32,000 nt of DNA from NCBI GenBank assembly GCA_000008085.1, contig AE017199.1, forward strand, positions 180,001 through 212,000, written 5' to 3'. The position numbers were made by a program, and so were the translations under genes. Source of the stretch: Nanoarchaeum equitans Kin4-M. Its GTDB lineage: Archaea; Nanobdellota; Nanobdellia; Nanobdellales; Nanoarchaeaceae. Positions within the stretch are counted from its first letter, which is position 1. Every line of letters starts with the position of its first letter. Below the pieces are notes generated by a model. That model was not told the DNA's origin. It saw nothing but the letters and a program-made list of their open reading frames with translations, and searched no databases. This document shows, in pieces, positions 1 through 9,835 of the stretch.

Positions 1-388
1 TATTAATTTTGGTTTTCCCAATAGCTTCTATTACAGTGTTTTCAGGTAATTCTTTATCGGTATTCCAAATAATAGCTTTAATAGTACCGGTTTCGTCTCC
101 TAAAATAATAGGTTGGAATTTCCCTTTCGAATAACTAATTAATCCAAAAGATTTGAGAATTTTGCCCTTTACTTTTACATATTCCCAGCTTTCTAATTCG
201 CCAATTTTTTTCTCTTTCGGAGTGTTTTTATACAAAACACCAAGTTTTTTTGCTACTAATAGTAAAGCCCCCCTACGAGATATTAAATTGTTAAAAGCTT
301 TAATTTTTTCTTCCACCATTTTTTCTATTTCCTCTCGAGATTTGCCAGTTTTTTCTATTATTAGTTGTATTAGTTCCTCTTCATCCAT
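1..388 (-). CDS. RPA-like / OB-fold single-stranded nucleic-acid-binding protein, C-terminus cut by window edge
   Basis: Hand translation of the minus strand from ATG at 388: MDEELIQLIIEKTGKSREEIEKMVEEKIKAFNNLISRRGALLLVAKKLG...KVKGKILKSFGLISYSKGKFQPIILGDETGTIKAIIWN; resembles archaeal RPA N-terminal helices plus an OB fold. Not in ORF track because it runs off the edge. Confidence 0.75.
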   Translation of the reverse strand, partial: MDEEELIQLIIEKTGKSREEIEKMVEEKIKAFNNLISRRGALLLVAKKLGVLYKNTPKEKKIGELESWEYVKVKGKILKSFGLISYSKGKFQPIILGDETGTIKAIIWNTDKELPENTVIEAIGKTKIN

Positions 389-923
389 TTATTATTTTTG
401 TGTACTCATTAAATAATGCGTAATAGCCATAATGGTACAAAACCCTAAATAGGTTTGCCACTATTATATAGCCTTTTAGAGAATAATTATACTTTTTTAG
501 AACTTTTTCTTCTATTTTTTTAAATATTGGTGGTATATAAACATTTCTTATAACTTTTATATGGGGAAACCAGTATTTAATGTATCGAACATATCTTTCT
601 TTTAATATTACGGGTTTCTCTGTAAAAGAGCTATGCCACACATCTTCTTTTGGATATACAATAGAAGAAACATTGTATTTGGCAAAAAAATAGAATATTC
701 CTAAAGAGTTGTAAAACCTTATTCCAGGCAATCTATCATATTCGATGGGAATCTCGCTATAGTTACCTACCACATAATAATAATCGCATTTAGGCTTATC
801 TTTATAATAATATATGGGTATATTAAATTGCAATGCCAGGGGTTTGGCTATAATTAGTGAATGTAGAGAACCAACTAATACGCAGTGCAAAATTTTACAT
901 TCCGAATAGGGATGCCAAACCAC
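381..923 (-). CDS. Conserved hypothetical protein (start uncertain; longest form starts at GTG inside the rpl12 gene)
   Basis: Long ORF between rpl12 and the RPA-like gene, short overlap with the latter (GGATGA); no family recognised. Confidence 0.65.
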   Translation of the reverse strand: MVWHPYSECKILHCVLVGSLHSLIIAKPLALQFNIPIYYYKDKPKCDYYYVVGNYSEIPIEYDRLPGIRFYNSLGIFYFFAKYNVSSIVYPKEDVWHSSFTEKPVILKERYVRYIKYWFPHIKVIRNVYIPPIFKKIEEKVLKKYNYSLKGYIIVANLFRVLYHYGYYALFNEYTKIING

Positions 924-1203
924 CCAATGCTTCTTCTTCTTTCTTTTCCTCTTTTTTCTCCTCTTTCTTTTCTTCTTTCTTCTCTTGTTCTGGAGCTGGA
1001 GCTGCTACGGGGGCTGCTACAGTAACTTGGGAAGCCTTTTCTAATATTTCATCAATGTTTACTCCCTCTAAAGCAGCAACTACAGCTTTAACCATACCTT
1101 CATTAACCTCAACTCCAGCAGCTTCTAAAACTTTTTTTAAGTTTTCTTCGTTAATTTCTTTGCCTGCCTTGTGTAAAAGCAATGCCGCGTATATGTATTC
1201 CAT
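895..1203 (-). CDS. rpl12: Large ribosomal subunit protein P1/L12 (archaeal)
   Basis: [36 protein letters not shown]... with Ala/Glu/Lys-rich hinge and C-terminal [10 protein letters not shown]. Confidence 0.95.
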   Translation of the reverse strand: MEYIYAALLLHKAGKEINEENLKKVLEAAGVEVNEGMVKAVVAALEGVNIDEILEKASQVTVAAPVAAPAPEQEKKEEKKEEKKEEKKEEEALGGLASLFGM

Positions 1204-1223
1204 TGGCTTTCCATTAAGAACAA

Positions 1224-1229
1224 TTTAAA
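1224..1229 (-). promoter_or_regulatory. TATA box candidate for rpl12
   Basis: TTTAAA centred 23.5 bp from the start at 1203. Confidence 0.5.
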
Positions 1230-1238
1230 AATGGAATG

Positions 1239-1246
1239 TTTATAAA
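1239..1246 (+). promoter_or_regulatory. TATA box candidate for rpl22
   Basis: TTTATAAA centred 24.5 bp upstream of ATG 1267. Confidence 0.55.
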
Positions 1247-1266
1247 GGGTATATTGAAGTTTCCCA

Positions 1267-1791
1267 ATGAGATATTCAGTAAGCTTAGAAAATGTGGCAA
1301 AGCTCTATGCACATAATTTGCCTATTTCAACAAAACATGCTGTAGAGATTGCGAAAATGATTAGATATTTGCCTTTGCAATTAGCAAAAGAAATGTTACA
1401 AAAAGTTTTAGACAAAGAATTAGCTGTGCCTTTCTTTAGATACAATAGAGATATCCCCCATAGGAAAAAAGGACAAATCCACCCATATTTTAAAATAAAA
1501 CATGGTAGATTCCCAGAAAATGCCACAAAATGGATATTAAAAGAATTAAATTCTGTAGAAAAGAATGCCATTAATTTGGGAATGGATCCTAACAAATTGT
1601 TTATAGTACATATTGCAGCACACAAAGGAGTTAGGGGATATACAAGCGTTTATGGGAGAAGAGCAAGAAGAAAAGCAACCCATTTAGAAATAATGGTTGC
1701 AGAAAATAAGGATTATGATCCCTCTAAGAAGTACCCATTAAAAGAATTAAAAAGGATGGGCCATAAATTATTTTTGAGCCTCAAGAAATAA
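1267..1791 (+). CDS. rpl22: Ribosomal protein L22 (uL22)
   Basis: Archaeal L22 signatures (YSVSLENVAKLYAHNLPISTKHAVEIAKMIR, HKGVRGYTSVYGRRARRKATHLEIMVAE). Confidence 0.93.
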   Translation: MRYSVSLENVAKLYAHNLPISTKHAVEIAKMIRYLPLQLAKEMLQKVLDKELAVPFFRYNRDIPHRKKGQIHPYFKIKHGRFPENATKWILKELNSVEKNAINLGMDPNKLFIVHIAAHKGVRGYTSVYGRRARRKATHLEIMVAENKDYDPSKKYPLKELKRMGHKLFLSLKK

Positions 1792-2358
1792 TTTTTCCAC
1801 TCCTTTTTTAGTTATAGTGTATATTTCTATACCATAACCAGAAAATACATCTCTCGCTATAGAGGATTTTAATGCCTTTTCCGCTAATTTAATAGCATCT
1901 CTAACAGTTATATCTGGGTTGTACTCTGCTTCTAATGTACCTAAAGCTATTACTCCACCACTTCCTTCGGCAAAATAGTCTTTTATCTCAGATATTGCTC
2001 CTATACCGTCTAAGCTATAGATTCCAAACTCTTTACTATTTATGGGCCCTGCAATTAACAAACCCAATGGATTTAGATAAAACCTGTTTTGATATAAAAG
2101 ATGCGATAGTAAATTCGCTGCCTCAATAACATTCATTGTTCTTCTAGAATATAGCTCTCTTAACTTTAATTCGGTTTTTAGTATCTTTGCTATATGTTGC
2201 AAATCTGCTACAGTTCCAGAGCCAGCCAATAAAATATAATCAGTAATAGGTATAATCTTTTGCGCTCTTTTGTCTTCTACTATATTCCCCATAGATGCTT
2301 GTTTATCTGAAGCTAATACTACACCATCTCGGGCTTTTATACCTATAATAGTAGTCAT
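1768..2358 (-). CDS. psmB: Proteasome beta subunit, apparently without propeptide
   Basis: MTTIIGIKARDGVVLASDKQASMGNIVEDKRAQKI: Thr nucleophile plus Asp17 and Lys33 (numbered from Thr1). Confidence 0.93.
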   Translation of the reverse strand: MTTIIGIKARDGVVLASDKQASMGNIVEDKRAQKIIPITDYILLAGSGTVADLQHIAKILKTELKLRELYSRRTMNVIEAANLLSHLLYQNRFYLNPLGLLIAGPINSKEFGIYSLDGIGAISEIKDYFAEGSGGVIALGTLEAEYNPDITVRDAIKLAEKALKSSIARDVFSGYGIEIYTITKKGVEKLFLEAQK

Positions 2359-2386
2359 AGAGTTATCAATAATAAAAATTTAAAGG

Positions 2387-2851
2387 TTAGGGTTTTTTCC
2401 AACTAACCTCTATAAATTCTATTTTATCACTCACTATCCCTAATAACAGTTTTTTCCTTGTGGAATGGGCTACCCTATTTTTAGAAGCAAACTCGTAAAA
2501 ATCAAATGTTTCATCTTTAGATACTGGGTATAAAACCCATTTTGAATGCTCTCTTTCGGATCTCTTTCCTTTTTTTGGGATAACCCCAATATCGTAAACC
2601 CTAAAGTCTGCACCGAATTTTAATGCTGTTCCTAAAGTATAACCTTTATCTCTTAACTCTTTGTAAGCCTTATACCTAATCAAAAATCTTTCATCGTAGG
2701 TTAAGCATTTTTTTAAGAACTCCTCTTTAGAGAGCTTTTTATCATCTTCATAAACCTCTAATTCTCCTTTATCTAATAAATAATATGCCTCTATCAAAGG
2801 TAATTCTTTATCATCAACTAAAACCCTATTGCCAAACAAATAACCTATCAT
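2387..2851 (-). CDS. endA: tRNA-splicing endonuclease, catalytic-type subunit
   Basis: FRVYDIGV, REHSKWVLYPV and VAHSTRKKLLLG match the C-terminal catalytic domain with Tyr/His/Lys triad. Confidence 0.88.
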   Translation of the reverse strand: MIGYLFGNRVLVDDKELPLIEAYYLLDKGELEVYEDDKKLSKEEFLKKCLTYDERFLIRYKAYKELRDKGYTLGTALKFGADFRVYDIGVIPKKGKRSEREHSKWVLYPVSKDETFDFYEFASKNRVAHSTRKKLLLGIVSDKIEFIEVSWKKP

Positions 2852-3060
2852 ACAAAATTTATATGGGGTTTAACTGGGATTTTTCTTATTACTTTTATAG
2901 GGATTGCTCCTTTTTCGAATTCCATTTTGGCTATTTCTATAGGGCTATAATTTATTTTCTTTAATGTCTCTTTATCTATTTTTATCAATATTGGGGCCCC
3001 TTGGGCTATTTGCATTGCCCTAATTCCAATAATTCTAGCTTTCTCATATTTAGAATACAT
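2848..3060 (-). CDS. rpoK: DNA-directed RNA polymerase subunit K (RPB6 homologue)
   Basis: YEKARIIGIRAMQIAQGAPILI...SPIEIAKMEFEKGAIPIKVIRKIP. Confidence 0.93.
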   Translation of the reverse strand: MYSKYEKARIIGIRAMQIAQGAPILIKIDKETLKKINYSPIEIAKMEFEKGAIPIKVIRKIPVKPHINFV

Positions 3061-3065
3061 TTATA

Positions 3066-3073
3066 ATTTAAAT
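3066..3073 (+). promoter_or_regulatory. TATA box candidate for the PUA/argS operon
   Basis: ATTTAAAT centred 24.5 bp upstream of ATG 3094. Confidence 0.55.
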
Positions 3074-3079
3074 AATCCC

Positions 3080-3087
3080 ATTTAAAT
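3080..3087 (-). promoter_or_regulatory. TATA box candidate for rpoK/endA
   Basis: Second ATTTAAAT centred 23.5 bp from the rpoK start at 3060. Confidence 0.55.
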
Positions 3088-3093
3088 CCTTTC

Positions 3094-3522
3094 ATGCGCT
3101 ATCTATCCAAAAAAGAGATCAAAGAATTGTTAAATAAATACAAAATAGATTGGCTCAAACCGGAAAAAAATAAATATTACGAAAAGGATTCTATAATATA
3201 CTACGAAGGGAAACCATTGTTTGTTGTAAAAGAAGAGGTTTATCCCACATTAGAATTAATAATAGAGCATTATAATAAGAAAGGGGAATTGCTATTCCCT
3301 TATGTTAGAGTAGACAAAGGCGCAGTAAAACCAATTTTAAATGGGGCAGATATAATGAGACCAGGTATAAAAGAGTATAGCCCCTTCAAAAAAGGCGATA
3401 TAGTTATAGTTATAGATGAGAACGATAATGTATTAACCTTGGGCAAAGCTCTATTAGATAGCACAGAATTGGAAAAAATGGACAAAGGCAAAGCTATAAA
3501 GAATTTGAAAATTTTTATTTAA
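3094..3522 (+). CDS. PUA-domain RNA-binding protein
   Basis: C-terminal PUA-like segment: FPYVRVDKGAVKPILNGADIMRPGIKEYSPFKKGDIVIVIDENDNVLTLGKAL. Confidence 0.8.
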   Translation: MRYLSKKEIKELLNKYKIDWLKPEKNKYYEKDSIIYYEGKPLFVVKEEVYPTLELIIEHYNKKGELLFPYVRVDKGAVKPILNGADIMRPGIKEYSPFKKGDIVIVIDENDNVLTLGKALLDSTELEKMDKGKAIKNLKIFI

Positions 3523-5135
3523 TGCGCGAGCTGTTAGATAATAGGTTACAATTTAATGGAGAAGCTTATATAATAAAGGATAGCCCATTGCCCTCCTATG
3601 TTAAAGAATTAGAAAAGGTGGGACATAAATATAGAGTAATATTCGATATAGAAAAGGTTATAGATTATTTGGAAAATCCCCCAACATATAAGAAAAACCA
3701 AACATACGTTTTAGATTACTTTTCTCCAAACATCGGCAAACCCCCACATGTTGGTAACCTAAGAAGTGCCATTATTGGGAACCCATTAAAAAATATACTA
3801 AGGAAAGTAGGATACAATGTAATATCTATTAATTGGTGGGGGGATTTTGGCACACAATTTGGAGAATTAATTTACGCTTTCAAAACCAAAGGAGATGAAA
3901 AAGAGCTAAGGAAAAATCCAATAAAGCATTTGTTTGAATTGTATACTTGGTTTAATAGAGAATTGGAGAAAAACCCCGAAATAAAGAATTATGCTAGAGA
4001 GGAATTTAAATATTTAGAAGAGGCAATGTATAAGGGAATTCAAATAGATGTTAGTCCTTTTTTTGAAGGGAAACCATTGTCCGAGCTATTAAAAAACAAA
4101 ACCAGAGAAGAACAAAACTATATTCTATGGAAAATATTCAGAGAAATAACTATAAAATATATGCGAGAGCAATTTTATCCAAAACTAAAATTAGAATTCG
4201 ATGAAGAGAGCGGGGAATCCTTCTTTCTAAAAAAAGCTAAAGAAGTTGCAAAAGAACTATTAGAAAAAGGGGTTGCAGAGGAAGACAAAAATTCTATAAT
4301 CGTTAGAACCCCATATGGAGTAGCTCTATTATTGAAAAGCGATGGGACTACTTTGTATTTAACTAGGGATTTAGCTGCGGCTATAGAGCATTATGAAAAA
4401 TACAAATTCGATAAAAAAATCTATGTAGTAGCGAATGAGCAATCGCAACATTTTAATCAATTAATTTATATAGCTAAGAAAGCCAATTATCCTTTTGCTG
4501 ATAAATTATACCATCTAAAGTTTGGTTTATTATTACTAAAAACAGAGGAAGGTGTAAAAAAGTTCAGCACAAGAAAAGGGAGAGCTGTTTTTGCTGAAGA
4601 CATATTAGAAAAAGCTTACGAATTGGCTAAAGAAGAAATACTAAAAAGAAACAAAGACAAACCATTAGAAGAAATAGAGAAAAACGCAAAAATAATAGGG
4701 TATGGCGCAGTCATCTATGCTATAGTTAGATATGATCCTAAGAAAGATATAATATTTGATTGGGACAAAATATTATCTTTAAACGGGAAAACATCTGTGT
4801 TTATACAATATAGTGCAGTAAGGGCCAAGCACATTTTAGATAAATACAATAAACCTATAGAGAGACCTAACAATTTAGAAAAAGATGAAGAGAGATTATT
4901 ACTATGGCTTTTCTATTATTATGCTGTATTAGAAGAAAGCGCTAGAAAATTAAAACCAAACATTTTAGCTGAATATCTATATAATTTGGCCGAAGAATTT
5001 AATAGATTTTACGAAAAGAATAGAGTCATCGGCTCTAATAGAGAAAAAGAAAGAGTTTGGTTAGTAAATAAAACTTATCAAATATTAAAGGAAGGGCTAA
5101 ACCTCCTAGGAATAGATGTGCCAACTTTTATGTAA
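3522..5135 (+). CDS. argS: Arginyl-tRNA synthetase
   Basis: [52 protein letters not shown]; KKFSTRKG motif; C-terminal anticodon-binding domain with Met end. Confidence 0.95.
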
Positions 5136-5616
5136 ATTTTGCTCCCAAATATTTGGATAATTCTCCTAACTCTATATATTTTATGTTACCCCTCTCAAAT
5201 TTGGGTTTTGCTTTTAACACCTCTTTTATTAATGCCTCTGGGTAGCCTTTAGCGTTTTCCAAATTTAATCCTAGTTTTGGTTTATCCTTTAATTCTTCTG
5301 GTACTCCTATGTATACTTTTACATTTTTTAATAACTCTCTGCCCCTTGCAGTTTTCCTTGGTAACATTCCCCTAATAACTCTTTTTAATATATTATCTGG
5401 TCTCTTTGGATAGAAAGGCCCCTTATAATAATCGCCCCTCTTTACTTTTTGTAGCCATTCCTTTTTAACCATATTGGGATCCCCAGTAATTATAGCTTTC
5501 TCGGCATTTACTATTTTTACTCTATAGCCCCTTTTTAGGTTTCTAGCTACTATAGAGGCCAACCTTCCTAAAACTAAGCCTTCTGCGTCATAAATTAGTT
5601 CGCCCAAAAATTCCAT
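5128..5616 (-). CDS. rpl13: Ribosomal protein L13 (uL13)
   Basis: [30 protein letters not shown] ... [25 protein letters not shown]. Confidence 0.93.
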
Positions 5617-5633
5617 TTGGCATAGAATAAATT

Positions 5634-7769
5634 TTATTTATAAATATCTTCTTGGGTGCTATCGAATTTTTCTATGGCTAACCCAGACCATAAAGGTTTT
5701 TTCATTTGATATACATCTTCTGCTACAGTTTGAACCCTTACAGTATAGGGTAAAGTCCAACTTAATTCTGGGTAACTAATTCCATTGATACTAGCATTCA
5801 TGTTAGTTAATATTTGTTTGTATATATCTCTTACAGGGCCTTCCCTTTGGCCTAGGCTTTCCAATAAGGTTATTTCATTACCAGCTTCAAAAACAAAAGT
5901 AGGACTTTCTATATTGAATGTTCTATCCAATACTTCTTTCAAAGTTTTTGGGTCTTTCTCTAATAATTCTAATTGGGGATTGACTTGTTTTAACCTTTCA
6001 TATATCTCTTTTATGGGCATTATACCAGACCCAGGAGCTAAATGGGCATCTTCTTCGCCTAACCAACCATCTACTATATGCAAATGCTTTATTGTTTTTG
6101 AATCTATTATTTTTTGATATTCTTTTAGCAAATCATCAACAGTATAACCTTCGTGTTTGCCTAATAACATTGTTGTATGTAAATTATCTAATGTAGTTCC
6201 TATATATTTTTCGCTATATTCTTTTAATTTGGCTTCGTTATTTCTAAGCTCTTTGGCTTTTTCTATCATAGTTTTTAATATTTCATCAGCTTTTTCTCCA
6301 TATTCAGATTTTAAGTATAGTTTTATCCTGTCTAAAGCTAATTTAAACTCTTTTACATCGGGATCATCAGAATTGCCTTCATAGGCTTTTACTAATTTAT
6401 CTAAAGCGTCTTTTACTTTTTCTCTCGATTCTTTTATTATTTCTACGAGTTCTCCACTTCTAGAACCGAAAAATTCTGGGAACACATTCTCTATAGCGAT
6501 TATTGGAGTTTTGTCGTATTTTTCTAATCCTAAAGCTTTTAGTGCTTCGCTCTCAGCGAAATTTAAAGCTGCTAATTTAGCAATTGTTTCTGGGACTTTT
6601 TGCATAGTGTATTGAGATAACGTCATAAACTGTTTTTTCTCTAATCTATCTTCTAATTCCTTTTTTATCTCTTCTAATTTTTCTTCCAATTCCTCTTTAG
6701 GCAATTCAATTTGGGCTTTGTTTGTTAGTTCAACATATTTGCTTAGCCATTGCTGTTGTAGCTCTTTCTTTTTATTTTCGTCCTTTTCCTTTTTTATTTG
6801 TTCTTCTATTTGTGATAGTTCATTTCTAAGTTTTTCTAATTCTTCCCTCTTTTCACTAATCATCTTTTCAATTGATTCCTTTATCTTTTGGAAAGTACCA
6901 TTTCTTAGTTTGTGTATTAAATCGGCTTTATCTTTATCTGACAATGGAGTACTATATATTACGCTTTCTAATTGGTTTTTTAATTGTTGGAATGCCAAAT
7001 CTGGTTTTTCAGGATTTTGCGATAAAGCAACTAAAGCATTAATTATGGCATTATTTATTTGGATTTCCAGGTTTCTCTTTAGTTCTTCTTTATATAAGCG
7101 ATTTACATCTATGTTACCTTCTATTTTGAAATAACTCTTTAGATTTGCGTTTTCCATTATTGGTCTACCATTTTCATCAACAATAACATCTACTGCGGGA
7201 ACTAAAGCTTCCCATGCTCTAACATTGTATTTTTTCTTAAGCCATTCCTTGAATTCCTCTTTTTTCTCCAATTCATCAAAATTATTTATATTAGTGCCAT
7301 GCTCTTTATTGTATTGTTCTAACAAATATTTCTTTACAGCTTCTTCATGTTCTTTAGAGAAAAGCCTTTTTGCTTCAACAGATACATGTGTGTTTACAGG
7401 GATATGCCTATTTGAAGGAGTAGCAAATTTTCTAGCAGTATCTAAAGCTATAAAAAGCTTAGCAATTGTTTGAGCCCTAGTTTGTTCGTTTTGTCCCGCT
7501 AATTCGACTAAAGGAGCGTGCATCGAAGCTTTTATACCTGCAGCTTTAGCCAAATCTGCAGCAGTATCGAAAACCCATTTTGGTATCGCTTCCCAGCCGT
7601 TTCGGCCCGACCAACTTAATACTTGGACATCTGTCCTAGGGAAACCTTGCCATATTTGTTTTTCTATTTCTTTATGTATAGCCCTATTAAAAGGGTTTGT
7701 AGAAACAGCTATGTTCGTTTTAGGGATAGGCAATTTATAAAAATCCTTTTCATTATCAACAATCTTCAT
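5634..7769 (-). CDS. Xylose-isomerase-like / AP-endonuclease-2-fold TIM-barrel protein with large internal coiled-coil insertion
   Basis: Barrel-like motifs [56 protein letters not shown] flank a charged helical region (roughly residues 240-415). Confidence 0.65.
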
Positions 7770-7789
7770 AAAAATTTATTATACTATAT

Positions 7790-9403
7790 TTAATAAGTTT
7801 TGCCTATATAAACCCAATATTTTGCAGGCTCCCCACAATAAACACATCTCTCTTTTTCAGCATTTTCAGGGTTTATATCAGTGCCTCTTACCTCTGCATG
7901 TAACAATTCTTTTATTTGGTTAGCACAGCTTTCTCTCATACAGAATGGGGCTTTTGCTATTTTGTTTTGCTCTATGGCTTCTTTTAATTCATCGAAAGTT
8001 TTAACTCTAACTACCATGTCATTAACAAAAGATTTCGCTTTTTGTTTTAGGTCTTCTTCCATCTCTTTGAATATTTGGTCTATCTTTTCTAACTCGTTTA
8101 GAGAAATTGTGTATTTCTTTTTGTTGTCCCTTCTTACTATGGTTATACTATTGTTTTCCACTTCTTTTAAGCCAATGTCTATTCTTAATGGAACCCCAAT
8201 CAAATCATAATAGTAATATTTATACCCCGGGGTTTTTGTATCGTCCGAATCTAAATAAACTCTATATTTGTCTTTAATTAATTCATAAACTTTTTTAGAA
8301 TACTCTATTACTTTTGTATCGTCTTTGCCCAAAATTGGAATAATAACTATTTGTATTGGCGCTATTTTATAAGGCATAACCAATCCTAAATCGTCGCCTA
8401 GCCAATACAAAGCGCCTCCAAAAGCTCTCATAGATATCCCATAAGAGGTTTGCCATACATATTTTCTAAAATCATATTCTTTTAGTTTTTCGTTTATTTC
8501 CTCTATAGAAGAGATTGTATACTCTTTATCCCCAATTTTTATTGTATAGGTTTTTGTTAATTTACCTTTTTCTAATTCTTCCCAAAACTCTTTTGGCGCA
8601 TGAACTTTGTATTCGTTACCGTTTTTGTCTTTTATATAAATGTTTGGATCTCCGTATTTTTTATAAAAGGGATGATAATCCAAAAATTTTATTTCAAATG
8701 GGATAGCGAATTTTTGCCCTAACAAATGGATAGTACCTACTTGTAAAAACCTACCATCTGGCATTATTGCATCTGCAGCATAGGTTTCTTCTCCCCCAGG
8801 GAATTTGTCCCATTCTGGTCTTCTAACCCATATGTAGGGCAAATACAATACATCCCAAAATATATAATCATAAACCTCTTTGGCTTTAGCCATATGTTCT
8901 CTAGCATCTTCTTCACTTCTATGTACCGAATGAGTTTCGTTCCATAAAACCTCTCTCCCCCTAATTAGAGCTTTTGTAGATTTGGTTTCGTATCTATAAA
9001 CGGTATTAGTCATATAAATAATTAAAGGTAAATCCCTATAGCTTTCGATCCATTTGGCAAACATATAATACATTTCTGTTTCAGAAGTGGGTCTAAGTAT
9101 CAGTGGGTCTTCTAATTTATCGTTACCAGCTCTCTCTATCCAAAATACCTCTTCTTCAAAACCTTTTATATGTTCGCTCTCTTTTTTAAATATAGAATAT
9201 GGTATAACTATAGGAAACCATGCCGGCTCTGCACCTATAGATTCTAATTTGTTTTCCAATAAGGACATCAAAAATTTGAATGCTTTATATCCATATGGCT
9301 TATAAACGGGCATTCCCTTTACGGGATAAGCGTCATCGATAATATTGGCTTTCCTTACTATTTCGTTATACCATTCCTTTGGGTTTTCGCTTTTTTTAAC
9401 CAT
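7790..9403 (-). CDS. proS: Prolyl-tRNA synthetase (archaeal/eukaryotic type)
   Basis: PILRPTSET-type motif (LILRPTSETEMYYMFAKWI), TEFLW-like WNETHSVHRSEEDA, C-terminal Zn-binding CVYCGEPAKYWVYIGKTY. Confidence 0.95.
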   Translation of the reverse strand: MVKKSENPKEWYNEIVRKANIIDDAYPVKGMPVYKPYGYKAFKFLMSLLENKLESIGAEPAWFPIVIPYSIFKKESEHIKGFEEEVFWIERAGNDKLEDPLILRPTSETEMYYMFAKWIESYRDLPLIIYMTNTVYRYETKSTKALIRGREVLWNETHSVHRSEEDAREHMAKAKEVYDYIFWDVLYLPYIWVRRPEWDKFPGGEETYAADAIMPDGRFLQVGTIHLLGQKFAIPFEIKFLDYHPFYKKYGDPNIYIKDKNGNEYKVHAPKEFWEELEKGKLTKTYTIKIGDKEYTISSIEEINEKLKEYDFRKYVWQTSYGISMRAFGGALYWLGDDLGLVMPYKIAPIQIVIIPILGKDDTKVIEYSKKVYELIKDKYRVYLDSDDTKTPGYKYYYYDLIGVPLRIDIGLKEVENNSITIVRRDNKKKYTISLNELEKIDQIFKEMEEDLKQKAKSFVNDMVVRVKTFDELKEAIEQNKIAKAPFCMRESCANQIKELLHAEVRGTDINPENAEKERCVYCGEPAKYWVYIGKTY

Positions 9404-9418
9404 GTTTCTTTATAGTCT

Positions 9419-9835
9419 ATGGTTTTAAAAGTAGTAGATAGCTCTTATGCTATTAGAGCAGATTTTATTCCAAAGGATTCGGTAACAGTTAAAGAAGCAA
9501 TAAAAGAGATACAAAAATTCGATAAAGAAAAAGCCTATAGCTTAATTGCTTTAGAACCTAAAAAAGAATATATAGATTTGGTAAAGCAAAATATAAAAGG
9601 GGAAAAATTATCGAAAACAGATATTAAATTATTGGCTTTGGCTAAACAATTAAATGCCATATTATTAACCGATGACACTGATATGCAAAGTGTGGCTTTA
9701 AGATTGGGAATAAAAGTTAAAGGCTATAGAATTACAATAGAAAAACCGAAGAAAAAAAGATATAGATGTCCCAATTGTGGAAGGTTTTATAACAAACCTT
9801 ATTGCCCTATTTGTGGTCTTCGATTAAACCAATAA
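9419..9835 (+). CDS. nob1: rRNA maturation endonuclease Nob1 (PIN domain + zinc ribbon)
   Basis: VVDSSYAIRADF, LLTDDTDMQSVALRLGIKV, then YRCPNCGRFYNKPYCPICG. Confidence 0.9.
   Translation: MVLKVVDSSYAIRADFIPKDSVTVKEAIKEIQKFDKEKAYSLIALEPKKEYIDLVKQNIKGEKLSKTDIKLLALAKQLNAILLTDDTDMQSVALRLGIKVKGYRITIEKPKKKRYRCPNCGRFYNKPYCPICGLRLNQ

Noticed and set aside
857-1228. + strand ORF of 123 aa opposite rpl12
   Set aside because: Ser/Phe-rich antisense reading of the Glu/Lys-rich L12 hinge; lies entirely over a well-supported ribosomal gene.
1204-1266. Intergenic regions as candidate tRNA or ncRNA loci
   Set aside because: The gaps examined (including 1204-1266, 15190-15235, 25451-25497, 28753-28819) are too short and AT-rich for a tRNA and are accounted for by promoter elements; no split tRNA half was recognised by eye.
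5785-7473. Several + strand ORFs (110, 75, 138, 82 aa) opposite the 711-aa gene
   Set aside because: Antisense shadows of charged helical coding sequence; hydrophobic/Ser-rich composition and no independent motifs.
7881-9305. + strand ORFs opposite proS
   Set aside because: proS is unambiguous over the whole stretch; these are mirror ORFs.
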